From: Deltaproteobacteria bacterium
GTDB taxonomy: Bacteria > Myxococcota_A > Polyangia > Fen-1088
Direction: 5' to 3'
Length of the DNA: 64,000 bases
NCBI GenBank assembly: GCA_033763315.1
Contig: JANRKS010000034.1
Coordinates: 192,001-256,000 of the forward strand
Positions 55,802 to 64,000 of the stretch are shown here, in pieces. The notes below the pieces were generated by a model. The model saw nothing but the letters and a program-made list of their open reading frames with translations, made no database searches and was not told the origin of the DNA. The stretch's first letter is position 1, and each line of letters opens with the position of its first letter. Both the position numbers and the translations under genes were made by a program.

Positions 55802-57157
55802 TCACGCAGTCGCCTGCTGCACGCGCGGACCGTTGTGGGGCGCAATGAAGAATCCGCGCTTGCCCGTGCGCACGGGCGGCGTCGTTAGGCTTAAGTTCGT
55901 TCGTGAAAAGATGGTTGCCAGCACCACCTTCATTTCGGTTAGGGCGAAGGCCATGCCCAAGCAACGGCGCCCGCCGCCGCCAAACGGCATCCACGTATAC
56001 GGCGGCACCTTGGCGTTTAAAAATCGCTCCGGTTCAAAAGCCAGTGGGTTTGGGTAGAGGTCGGGGCGTCGATGCAGCACGACCTCTGAGTTCGCCACAA
56101 ACACACCCGCTGCAAGCGTGTAACTGCGAAGTTGTAGATCGCGGCGCAACAGCCGCGCGCCCGCCGTTGGCATAATCGGCCGCAGGCGCATCGATTCCTT
56201 GATCACGGCGTCGAGGTAAGGCAAGCGTTCCAATGCTGCGCCATCAAGTGGTGTATTGTTGATGTTGGTGTTCAACTCGATCCGCAGATGTGCCAAGGAT
56301 TCTGGCGACTCCAGTAAGCAGCTGCACGCCCAGGCCAAGGCGCTTGCTGTGGTTTCGTGACCCGCCAGCAACTGGACGATCAATTCATCGCGCAAAGCTT
56401 CATCTGAAAGTGGTCGGCCTTCTTCGTCCTTCGCCCGCAGCAACATCGCCAAGATGTCGGTGCCTTCGCCGCTTCGTGAACGACGCCGGGCAATTTCTTG
56501 ATCGAGGGCAGCGCGCGTTTGCTTAAGCAGGCGAACGATCTTCCCCCACGGGCTAAATCGGCCAAGATTGATCTGCAACGGCTTCAACAGCAACAGCGGT
56601 GACGCTGCCGCTTCGGTCGCGGCGCGCGCCAAAAGGTGCCGCAACCGCGCGATCTGATCATCGCCTTCATCTTCAAGGCCAAAAACTGCCCGCAAAATCA
56701 CTTCAAGCGCAATCTTCTGCAGCTCTTCGTGCAAGGAAAATGAATCACGCGTGGGCCAAGTGGCGACGGCCTTCTTCGCCACGTCTTCCATCAGTGATAT
56801 GTAGCCCGCCATCCGGTCGCCTTGGTATGCGGGCGTCACTGCTCGGCGGCGTTTGATGTGGGCTTGGCCATCCAACGTAAGGGACGTGTTGCGTCCCGTG
56901 ATGGCGCCGAACAGTCGGTGGTTGGGCTCCCCCGCGTGCGCGTCATCTGGCGCTTGATTGAACATTGTGCGCAGATCCTCAGGGTTGCTGAGGTGAACAA
57001 GTGGCCCGTATCCCAAAATGCGCAAGGTGAAAGCATCGCCCCACCGATCATGGCACTTCTCGACAAGCCCGATCGGATCGCGCACCAGGTGCATCGTTTG
57101 CAAAAAGGCCGGAGCCGCAGGACCGGGGGGAAGCTTCGTAGTTACGGCCAATTTCAC
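55802..57157 (-). CDS. Cytochrome P450
   Basis: AGHETT, ESMR (ExxR), PERF, FGGGGRRCLG heme ligand. Confidence 0.96.
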   Translation of the reverse strand: MKLAVTTKLPPGPAAPAFLQTMHLVRDPIGLVEKCHDRWGDAFTLRILGYGPLVHLSNPEDLRTMFNQAPDDAHAGEPNHRLFGAITGRNTSLTLDGQAHIKRRRAVTPAYQGDRMAGYISLMEDVAKKAVATWPTRDSFSLHEELQKIALEVILRAVFGLEDEGDDQIARLRHLLARAATEAAASPLLLLKPLQINLGRFSPWGKIVRLLKQTRAALDQEIARRRSRSGEGTDILAMLLRAKDEEGRPLSDEALRDELIVQLLAGHETTASALAWACSCLLESPESLAHLRIELNTNINNTPLDGAALERLPYLDAVIKESMRLRPIMPTAGARLLRRDLQLRSYTLAAGVFVANSEVVLHRRPDLYPNPLAFEPERFLNAKVPPYTWMPFGGGGRRCLGMAFALTEMKVVLATIFSRTNLSLTTPPVRTGKRGFFIAPHNGPRVQQATA

Positions 57158-57309
57158 TGTTACCGCAGTTTATCCGACTTGTTACCTAAAGGGGCATACA
57201 GGGTGCTGACCCGCAAGAACGTTTCGATTTGACCACAAAAGGACCTCTCATAGCGCCCACGCCTTCGACTTGCTAAACGCGAGAACGGTGAAACGAAGGG
57301 CACCAGCAC

Positions 57310-59727
57310 GTGGCGTCTGTGGAAACGAATCTTGAGTTTCTCGTTGGCGGCGGCGCTATGGGCGAGCGCATTCGGTCACATGACTGGGCAAGCACAGCTT
57401 TGCGTGAACCTCGATTGTGGTCACAAGGCCTTCGCACAGCCGTCCGCGTTCTGTTAACGACCCAGCATCCAATGTTCATCTTTTGGGGGCAGGACCATAT
57501 TTGCCTCTACAACGACGCGTATTCGCGCTCGCTTGGTCCCGAGAAGCACCCGTCGATGCTGGGCGCGCCGGGGCGTCCCGCGTGGCAAGAAATTTGGCCG
57601 ATCATTGGTCCGCAAATCGAATACGTCATGCGAGGCTTCGGATCCACCTGGCATGAGAATCAATTGGTTCCGATCATCCGCCACGGTGCGCTTCAGGATG
57701 TGTATTGGACCTACGGATTTAGTCCGATCGATGAACCCGAAGCGCCAAACGGCGTGGGCGGTGTGTTGGTTATCTGCACGGAAACCACGGAACAGGTGCT
57801 TGCCAAGCAGCGGCTTGCAGAAGAGCGCGAACGTTTCGTTCAGCTGTTCGATCAAGCACCGACCTTCTTGGCCCTGCTCAAGGGGCCAGAACACGTAATT
57901 GAGTTTGCCAATCCCGGCTACCTGGAACTCGTAGGCCACCGGCCTGTCGTAGGGCGCAAGGTGGCAGATGCGCTTCCAGAGGCAGTGGCGCAAGGCTATC
58001 TCAAGCTCTTAGATAGCGTTTACCAGGGTGGAAAATCATTCTCAGCGCACGGTGCAAAGTTTGTGGGGCAGACGTTACCTGGCGGCCGGAGCGACGAGCG
58101 GTACATCGATTTTGTCTATCAACCCATCACTGACAGCGATGGCCGCGTAAACGGCATTCTCGTGCAAGGCGTTGACGTCACCGCGCGGGCCGCGGCCGAT
58201 CGTGCACTGGAATTGAGCCGCTCCAGATTGGACTACGCCACGCGCCTCTCTGGTGTTGGCTTCTGGTACTGCGATCTTCCTTTTGACGAATTGGTTTGGG
58301 ACGATCGGGTCAAAGAGCACTTCTTCTTCCCGCCGGCTGCGCGAATTACGATCGATGACTTTTACGAAAGGATTCACGAAGAGGATCGCGCGGCAACGCG
58401 CGCCGCAATCGACGCATCGATTCAAGGCCGAACTCCGTACGACATCGTTTACCGTACGGTGGATCCGGAGACGGGCGCCGTTAAATGGATTAGAGCGCTG
58501 GGCGGGGCTGATTATGCAAATGACGGCACGCCATTGCGCTTTGATGGCGTAACGGTGGACGTTTCGGCGCAAAAGCTTGATCAGGAGCGCCTGTCGAAGT
58601 TGAACCACCAACTGCGCGAGCAAGATCGACGAAAAGACGAGTTCATCGCGACGTTGTCGCACGAGCTGCGCAATCCATTGTCACCGATTCGTGCGGCCGC
58701 TGCCGTCATCGCTGCCCCGCAAGTGGCGCCCGCGCAGTTGCAGCGCGCACAAGCGATCATCGAACGACAAGTGGGTCACATGGCCATGCTGCTCGACGAT
58801 CTGCTCGACGTTGCACGGATCACGCAAGGAAAACTGCAGCTCAAGAAGAAGGTTGTGGCGCTGTTTGATGTGGTCGATGCGGCCGTTGAAGCGATACGTC
58901 CCACGTTGAGCAAGAAGGATCATCGACTGTCGTTGCGCTTGCCGACCGAACCCGTGTTGCTTGAGGCCGATCCGGTGCGGCTGTCGCAGGTCCTATCGAA
59001 CCTGTTGATGAACGCCGCCAAGTACAGCGACCCCGGCAGTCAGATTGCGTTGGCTGGTGCGATCGAGGGGAACACCTTAGTCTTATCCGTAAAAGACAAT
59101 GGCATTGGCATTTCGGCGAAAGCCATCGACGGAATCTTCGAGATGTTCTCGCAGATCGAGGGAGTGATGGGCAGGTCAGACGGCGGGTTGGGCATCGGCC
59201 TGGCGCTGGTCAAGGGGCTAACTCAATTGCACGGCGGGACGGTTGAAGCACACAGCGGTGGCATCGGTCATGGCAGCGAATTCATCGTGCGCCTTCCGCT
59301 CTCTTCGCCGACGCTTGTGTCAACAACAACGATGGCCGATCCGACAGCAACCTCGCGCACGCGTCGTCGGATACTCGTTGCTGACGACAATCAAGACGTG
59401 GCGGAAACACTTGCGATGATGCTGGAGCTTGCGGGGCACGAAGTGCGCACCGCACATCTGGGCCGAACGGCGATCGCCGTGGCTGAATCGTTCTGCCCTG
59501 ACACTGTGCTGCTCGACATCGGTATGCCTGACATGTCCGGCTATGAAGTGGCTCGCCACTTACGGCGTGAGCCTTTGGGTGCCAAGCTTCATCTAATTGC
59601 TCTTACTGGTTGGGGGCAGGAAGAAGATAGGCGGCGTGCCTTCGAAGCGGGGTTTGATCACCATTTGACAAAACCGGTTGATCCTGCGCAGCTGGAAACC
59701 TTGATCGCTAGGGCTGGCTCGCCTTAA
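57310..59727 (+). CDS. Cytoplasmic hybrid histidine kinase (PAS x3, HisKA, HATPase_c, REC)
   Basis: SHELRNPL, NLLMNAAKY, DNGIG, GLGIGL, LLDIGMP; no TM segment. Confidence 0.94.
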   Translation: MASVETNLEFLVGGGAMGERIRSHDWASTALREPRLWSQGLRTAVRVLLTTQHPMFIFWGQDHICLYNDAYSRSLGPEKHPSMLGAPGRPAWQEIWPIIGPQIEYVMRGFGSTWHENQLVPIIRHGALQDVYWTYGFSPIDEPEAPNGVGGVLVICTETTEQVLAKQRLAEERERFVQLFDQAPTFLALLKGPEHVIEFANPGYLELVGHRPVVGRKVADALPEAVAQGYLKLLDSVYQGGKSFSAHGAKFVGQTLPGGRSDERYIDFVYQPITDSDGRVNGILVQGVDVTARAAADRALELSRSRLDYATRLSGVGFWYCDLPFDELVWDDRVKEHFFFPPAARITIDDFYERIHEEDRAATRAAIDASIQGRTPYDIVYRTVDPETGAVKWIRALGGADYANDGTPLRFDGVTVDVSAQKLDQERLSKLNHQLREQDRRKDEFIATLSHELRNPLSPIRAAAAVIAAPQVAPAQLQRAQAIIERQVGHMAMLLDDLLDVARITQGKLQLKKKVVALFDVVDAAVEAIRPTLSKKDHRLSLRLPTEPVLLEADPVRLSQVLSNLLMNAAKYSDPGSQIALAGAIEGNTLVLSVKDNGIGISAKAIDGIFEMFSQIEGVMGRSDGGLGIGLALVKGLTQLHGGTVEAHSGGIGHGSEFIVRLPLSSPTLVSTTTMADPTATSRTRRRILVADDNQDVAETLAMMLELAGHEVRTAHLGRTAIAVAESFCPDTVLLDIGMPDMSGYEVARHLRREPLGAKLHLIALTGWGQEEDRRRAFEAGFDHHLTKPVDPAQLETLIARAGSP

Positions 59728-60241
59728 AATAGGCTGGATTCGTGAAGGGAATGACTTGCTTCACTTTCCAGCCGTCTTCTGTGGTGAGTTGCAGATTCGC
59801 CAACACTGAGTCGCGTCTGGCTCGGCTACAACAATCGAAACTTGTCTCTACCACCTCGAATAACACTGTGGCATCGCTTTGTGAAAGCGCGCGCAACTCC
59901 ATCCGCACATAAAGAAAGTCACCGTTCCAGCTGGCGATTTGCGAAACTTGTTCGGGCGTCAGCACGAGAAAATTTAGCTTGTCTAAGGTCGGCAAGATGG
60001 CCGCTGTGATGTAGTCACTGTCAGCCATCACCACCACATATGGTTGCTTGCGTAGACGCGAAAGTCGAAGCCCCTTGGCCACCACGAGCTCGCGCAAGGT
60101 CGCTTGCAATACAGGGTCTAACGCTTCGCTTGCGGGCTCGGCCTTTGTGGGCTTAAAGCGTCTTAGCGCTGCGCTGCCAGAGAGTGCACATCCACACAGG
60201 GAAACGATCAACACGATCGCGAGCGTACGTCCCATTTGCAT
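59708..60241 (-). CDS. Hypothetical lipoprotein
   Basis: MGRTLAIVLIVSLCGC lipobox-like signal; no recognisable domain. Confidence 0.55.
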   Translation of the reverse strand: MQMGRTLAIVLIVSLCGCALSGSAALRRFKPTKAEPASEALDPVLQATLRELVVAKGLRLSRLRKQPYVVVMADSDYITAAILPTLDKLNFLVLTPEQVSQIASWNGDFLYVRMELRALSQSDATVLFEVVETSFDCCSRARRDSVLANLQLTTEDGWKVKQVIPFTNPAYFKASQP

Positions 60242-60412
60242 ACGCTTTTTGACCGCGTGCCCGGTGGCTATGGTCAACAAATGTTGTTTCAGAAAAGATT
60301 GACCCGCGGGATGTACGCGAAGGTCTAAAGCATCCCGGCATTGTGCGGTCCTGGCACACGCTTTGGTTAAGCGTGTTTCCGTGCCGGCCGATGTGCCTCG
60401 CGCTCTGAGTCG

Positions 60413-61804
60413 TCAGCGCACGTTCTGCCTCACGATAGGATCGTGTTTTTTGTTGCCGGGTTTGCCGCTGAGCGCGGCTGTTTTTAGATTCACGATGTTC
60501 TTGAACACATAGGCGCTGCCCCACTTTGGCTCGGGCGTTTGCGTGTCCCACTGCAGGTCTACGCTCTGCAGCTGTAGCCCATCAATAGATTCGAACACAA
60601 AGCCGTGCGTGGCGCGCTTGTCTGGCTTGTTTTCAGGCAGCATGCGCACGTAGACGTTGCTTATCTTGATGTCGCTAAGAGGTCGATCTGCGTGTCCTGC
60701 CACCACTGAGGTTCCCCGGGCCGAGCCTTGGGCGCCATCAATTGTGATGTGCTCAATCTTGCCGAGGGGGGATGTTGGTTCGCGACGCTTCAGCACAAAC
60801 TTCATGAGTTCGGCGCTGCCCCACCAGTTCCAGTGCCGTCGGTTCGTCTCGAAAGTGATGTTGCTGAACCGCACATCGCTGACGGTGCCACCGTCTTGCA
60901 CGTTGATGCCAATCACCTTGTTCGAGTCGCGAACAACGATGTTTGAGAACACCACGTGCGAAATGTTGGCGTGCGTTTCAGTGCCTATCATCATGGGCGT
61001 GGATGATGAACCCAAGATGCTGTTGGTCACCAAGATATTGTTGACTGGGTTCGCGGGCGCAGATTCATCCTCGAACGCAACCGACTTGATGCAGATCGCA
61101 TCGTCCGCCGTTATCACCGTTGAATCCGAGATGACAACGTTTGAAGACGAAACAATGTCAATGCCATCAGAATTGATGCCTTTTTCCAGGTCGGAAAGCA
61201 CCGTGACGGCGTGAATCTTCACGTCGCTGCAATCTTGCAAACGTACATTCCAGTAGGGGGCGTTCTTGACGGTCACTTGCTCAAAGCGAATGTTGTGGCT
61301 GTCTTGGAGTAAGAAAAGGTACTTCTGTACCTCTCCCGTTCGATAATATCGCTTCATCTCGACGCCTGCCGATTCGGCAAGCTTCTGTTCTTCCGCGATC
61401 TCCACGTCGGGGCGGCGCACGGGTTCGTAAGCCCACGTGGCGGCGCCATCGAATGTTCCTCCTCCCGTTACGGCCACGTTCTCCACGCCCTTGGCGTTAA
61501 CGAGCGCCGGAACATCTTTTGGCCAGTCCGCAGGCGCACGGCTCATCTGGACGATGGCACCATAGTCTAGATGGAGCTCAACGTTGTCTTTGAGCCAGAT
61601 GGGGCCGCTGATGGTGAGACCCGGCGGCACAACGGCCACCCCGCCACCCCGCTTCGCACACGTGTCGATCGCCGCTTGAATGCCGGCGGCGTTGCGCTTC
61701 TCCACACGGCACACACTCTGGGCACGGGCGGACGCAATCCCAGCGCAAGTGATTGCCGCATACAAAACGGCACTACGGGAAACCTGAGTGAACAGTCTCG
61801 GCAT
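60413..61804 (-). CDS. Glycoside hydrolase family 28 (polygalacturonase-like beta-helix), secreted
   Basis: IQAAID, NSDGID, ADDAICIKS, IGTET; signal peptide ending ARA. Confidence 0.88.
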   Translation of the reverse strand: MPRLFTQVSRSAVLYAAITCAGIASARAQSVCRVEKRNAAGIQAAIDTCAKRGGGVAVVPPGLTISGPIWLKDNVELHLDYGAIVQMSRAPADWPKDVPALVNAKGVENVAVTGGGTFDGAATWAYEPVRRPDVEIAEEQKLAESAGVEMKRYYRTGEVQKYLFLLQDSHNIRFEQVTVKNAPYWNVRLQDCSDVKIHAVTVLSDLEKGINSDGIDIVSSSNVVISDSTVITADDAICIKSVAFEDESAPANPVNNILVTNSILGSSSTPMMIGTETHANISHVVFSNIVVRDSNKVIGINVQDGGTVSDVRFSNITFETNRRHWNWWGSAELMKFVLKRREPTSPLGKIEHITIDGAQGSARGTSVVAGHADRPLSDIKISNVYVRMLPENKPDKRATHGFVFESIDGLQLQSVDLQWDTQTPEPKWGSAYVFKNIVNLKTAALSGKPGNKKHDPIVRQNVR

Positions 61805-61881
61805 GGTTGGCAGCCATTGTGCCAGATGGTCTTCCGAGAATCAGGGCAAAAGGGGCATCACTTTTAAGAGACGCGACGACT

Positions 61882-61895
61882 AGGACTAAAGACCC
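61882..61895. promoter_or_regulatory. NarL/DosR-type palindromic box upstream of the GH28 gene
   Basis: AGGACTAAAGACCC, 12/14 match to GGGACTAAAGTCCC. Confidence 0.45.
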
Positions 61896-61913
61896 TCCCT
61901 TTGGTCGGTTGAA

Positions 61914-62291
61914 CTAGTGGTGGGGCCGAGCTTCGAGCACTTGCTGAAGTTTTTGTGAAAGCGCGCTGTTCAACCGCTCAAGTTCGGCAAGTCGGCTCTC
62001 AAGCGCCTCGATCCGCGCTTCAGGTTCGATTAAGTGAATCGCCGGGTCGTGTAAAGAAATTCTAAGCTCTTTTTTCCATCGAAAGAGGAGCGTAACGGGA
62101 ATGTCGTAACGCCGGCCTATCTCTGAGATGCTCTTGTACTGCGCGAAGCCTTGAACGAGGATGTGTCTCTTTTGATCGTTCGTAAGACGCCGTCGTCGAC
62201 CAGGGATAAGCGGAGGGATGTTCACTTCGTCATTAGACAACGTCGAAAATCTCATAAGTTCTTCCTTACACGACGCAGGCCACTCTTTCAT
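61914..62291 (-). CDS. Orphan IS-transposase-like HTH protein (IS3/IS66 OrfA type) with C-terminal coiled coil
   Basis: RRRRLTNDQK..I.....SISEIGRRYDIPVTLLFRWKK plus heptad RIEALESRLAELERL; no catalytic DDE ORF adjacent. Confidence 0.7.
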   Translation of the reverse strand: MKEWPASCKEELMRFSTLSNDEVNIPPLIPGRRRRLTNDQKRHILVQGFAQYKSISEIGRRYDIPVTLLFRWKKELRISLHDPAIHLIEPEARIEALESRLAELERLNSALSQKLQQVLEARPHH

Positions 62292-62319
62292 GCTCTACGA
62301 CGTGCCTTGCATGAAAGCT

Positions 62320-62333
62320 GGGACCTTAGTCCC
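62320..62333. promoter_or_regulatory. NarL/DosR-type palindromic box upstream of the HTH gene
   Basis: GGGAC-CTTA-GTCCC with perfect 5-bp arms. Confidence 0.45.
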
Positions 62334-62394
62334 GCGTCGTCGAGGCCAATCAGCCATCTCGAGGTCCTTTAAAGGTGTGAGTTCGCGATGAGAT

Positions 62395-64000
62395 TCATGC
62401 ATGAAGCGGGATCCGTACGGTCAGGCGAGTGCCGCCTGCGGGCCCCGGCTGCAAGTCGAACGTGCCCCCCACAAGTTCGGCGCGCGCGCGCATGCCACCG
62501 ACACCTAACCCTCGCGGCGATCCCTCGCGGCTTGGACGGTTTCTGGGCAACCCAATGCCGTCATCTTGCACAATGAGCGTCACAACCGCGTCAAACTCAA
62601 GCGTGACCTCAACATGTGTTGCCTTTGCGTGCTTGATGACATTGGTCACGGCCTCTCGACATAAGTAGAAGATTTGCGTCGCAACGATGGCGGGTAAGAT
62701 GGCCGTTTGCCCTGATGTTGCAAAGCTGAGCTGAACGTCGCCTGCCTGCGTGATCCTTTGCAAGCGCTGTTGAATGTCTGATGAAAGGTCAGCCGCGTTT
62801 ACAGTGCCGGCGCGCAAACCCCAAATGGCGCTGCGCATGTCCGCCATGCCATCGATCACCAGATCTGCGGCCCGCGCTAGGTGTTCCCGTGCCTGGCCTG
62901 CATTCTTGTCCAACCATAAGCCGGCCGCATCGACGTGCATCTTCACGCCGGTAAGATCTTGTTCAATGCTGTCGTGAATGTCGTGCGCGATCCGCGTGCG
63001 GTCCCTCTGCAGAGCTCGTTGCAACCGCAGTTCGCGACGACGACGCGTAAGTATGCCGACGGCTCCCATTGCCACAAACGTCAGCGCCGCGGCAAGCACG
63101 AACCACTTGCGCAGGTATACAGGCGGCAGCAAGACGATGCTCGTTGCCGCCTGCACCTGCAGGTCAGGACGATCGACGTTATAGGCTGCAACCTCGAAGG
63201 TGTAGCTTCCCGCCCTCAGGCGGGAATACGCGGCGTCTGTGCGAAGGCCCTGCTCAAGCCATGTTTCGTTCCACCCCTTGAGTCGAGTCCGGTAGCGAAG
63301 GCGGGAGGCGTTCCACAACGTCGGTGCTCGGTACGACACAGATAAGGCGCCGTCACCGACAGCCATGGGGCGTTGAGTGTCGTTCTGCGCGACTCCATTG
63401 AGCGTCAATGTATCAATGTGCACAGATAAAGGGGGAGGGGCTTGCACCAGTGATGGCGGCCTTACGCCCGCGAGTCCGGAAAGCATCGAAAACCACAAGC
63501 GGCCTTGGGGGTCCTTGCTCGCGGGGGGAGAGAATTGGCGAGTCGCTTGAGAATTTCGCAGACCGTCGGTGGTCTGGTAGCTGATCGAAGTGACCGTGGC
63601 CGCCCATCCATCCAGAACCGATTCAGCCTGCGCCCGCGAGATGCGAAAGATGCCGTGCATGCTGCTGAACCACAGCCAGCCATCGCCATCCTCCAAAACC
63701 GCGTGCAGATGATCATCCCACAAACCTTGCTTTGTGGTGATGCGTTCCATGCGGCCTTGCTTGATGCGTATCAGTCCGGCCCCGTCCGATGCAGCCCAAA
63801 TGGTACCGGAGGCGTCTTCGTGCAGACTCAACGGGTGGGCTTGAGAAGGCAGCGTGAACGTCGAGACGCCGCCGCCCAGCAGCCTAATGATGGTTCCGTC
63901 GCTGCGGGCGGCCCACACGGCCCGATCGCGAGCCTGCAAAACGTCGAATACGAGATTCTTGGTGTTCTTGGTGCCTTGGTAGATCATGTCGAAGCGGTGG
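62395..64000 (-). CDS. Second beta-propeller/Y_Y_Y sensor histidine kinase (HisKA_3), 5' end outside the window
   Basis: DxxGxxW repeats, YSRLRAGSYTF, TM helix, RIAHDIHDSIEQ, EAVTNVIKH, DDGIG, GVGGMRARA; frame open to the window end. Confidence 0.92.
   Translation of the reverse strand, partial: HRFDMIYQGTKNTKNLVFDVLQARDRAVWAARSDGTIIRLLGGGVSTFTLPSQAHPLSLHEDASGTIWAASDGAGLIRIKQGRMERITTKQGLWDDHLHAVLEDGDGWLWFSSMHGIFRISRAQAESVLDGWAATVTSISYQTTDGLRNSQATRQFSPPASKDPQGRLWFSMLSGLAGVRPPSLVQAPPPLSVHIDTLTLNGVAQNDTQRPMAVGDGALSVSYRAPTLWNASRLRYRTRLKGWNETWLEQGLRTDAAYSRLRAGSYTFEVAAYNVDRPDLQVQAATSIVLLPPVYLRKWFVLAAALTFVAMGAVGILTRRRRELRLQRALQRDRTRIAHDIHDSIEQDLTGVKMHVDAAGLWLDKNAGQAREHLARAADLVIDGMADMRSAIWGLRAGTVNAADLSSDIQQRLQRITQAGDVQLSFATSGQTAILPAIVATQIFYLCREAVTNVIKHAKATHVEVTLEFDAVVTLIVQDDGIGLPRNRPSREGSPRGLGVGGMRARAELVGGTFDLQPGPAGGTRLTVRIPLHA

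Noticed and set aside
62069-62075. A6G run (minus strand) in the IS-like HTH gene as a -1 frameshift site
   Set aside because: It is phased as G-AAA-AAA-G rather than A-AAA-AAG, and there is no room or ORF for a downstream transposase
1-64000. CRISPR arrays, tRNA/rRNA genes, prophage, integrase or known defence systems
   Set aside because: None seen by eye: no regularly spaced repeats, cloverleaf motifs or hallmark proteins. A tRNAscan/Infernal/DefenseFinder run would be needed to exclude them formally

Overview
A GC-rich, gene-dense bacterial chromosome segment. It is most likely from a myxobacterium (Myxococcota), inferred from its PilZ, TPR and Cys-rich lipoprotein genes. About 52 CDSs can be supported. 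Housekeeping genes include mutS, rpsT, holA, mutY, ygfZ, slyX, trxC/oxyR and a tcdA-trmO-queG tRNA-modification cluster. The accessory carbohydrate content is rich: (1) a convergent locus with deoC, a split ALDH, a ROK kinase, a ribose-type ABC transporter and a Tat-exported GH9-like enzyme; (2) a ~2,870-aa cyclic beta-1,2-glucan synthase; (3) an FG-GAP/GMC oxidoreductase operon with a PAS-AraC regulator; (4) DUF1080, a sugar-isomerase TIM barrel and a GH28. Signalling genes include two beta-propeller/Y_Y_Y sensor kinases, a PAS hybrid kinase, a TerB-like/PPP phosphatase fusion and a PilZ-TM-AMIN-like protein. The best candidate for an undescribed system is the deoC locus: its aldolase has an altered phosphate-binding loop, and the canonical deoxyribose/nucleoside genes are absent from the window. 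Other leads are an unannotated 45-aa MGKGD basic protein with its own promoter, a truncated SgmX-like TPR protein, and an orphan IS-type HTH gene flanked by DosR/NarL-like boxes. No rRNA, tRNA, CRISPR array or intact mobile element was seen. All family assignments come from motifs recognised by eye, with no database searches, and some start codons are estimates.
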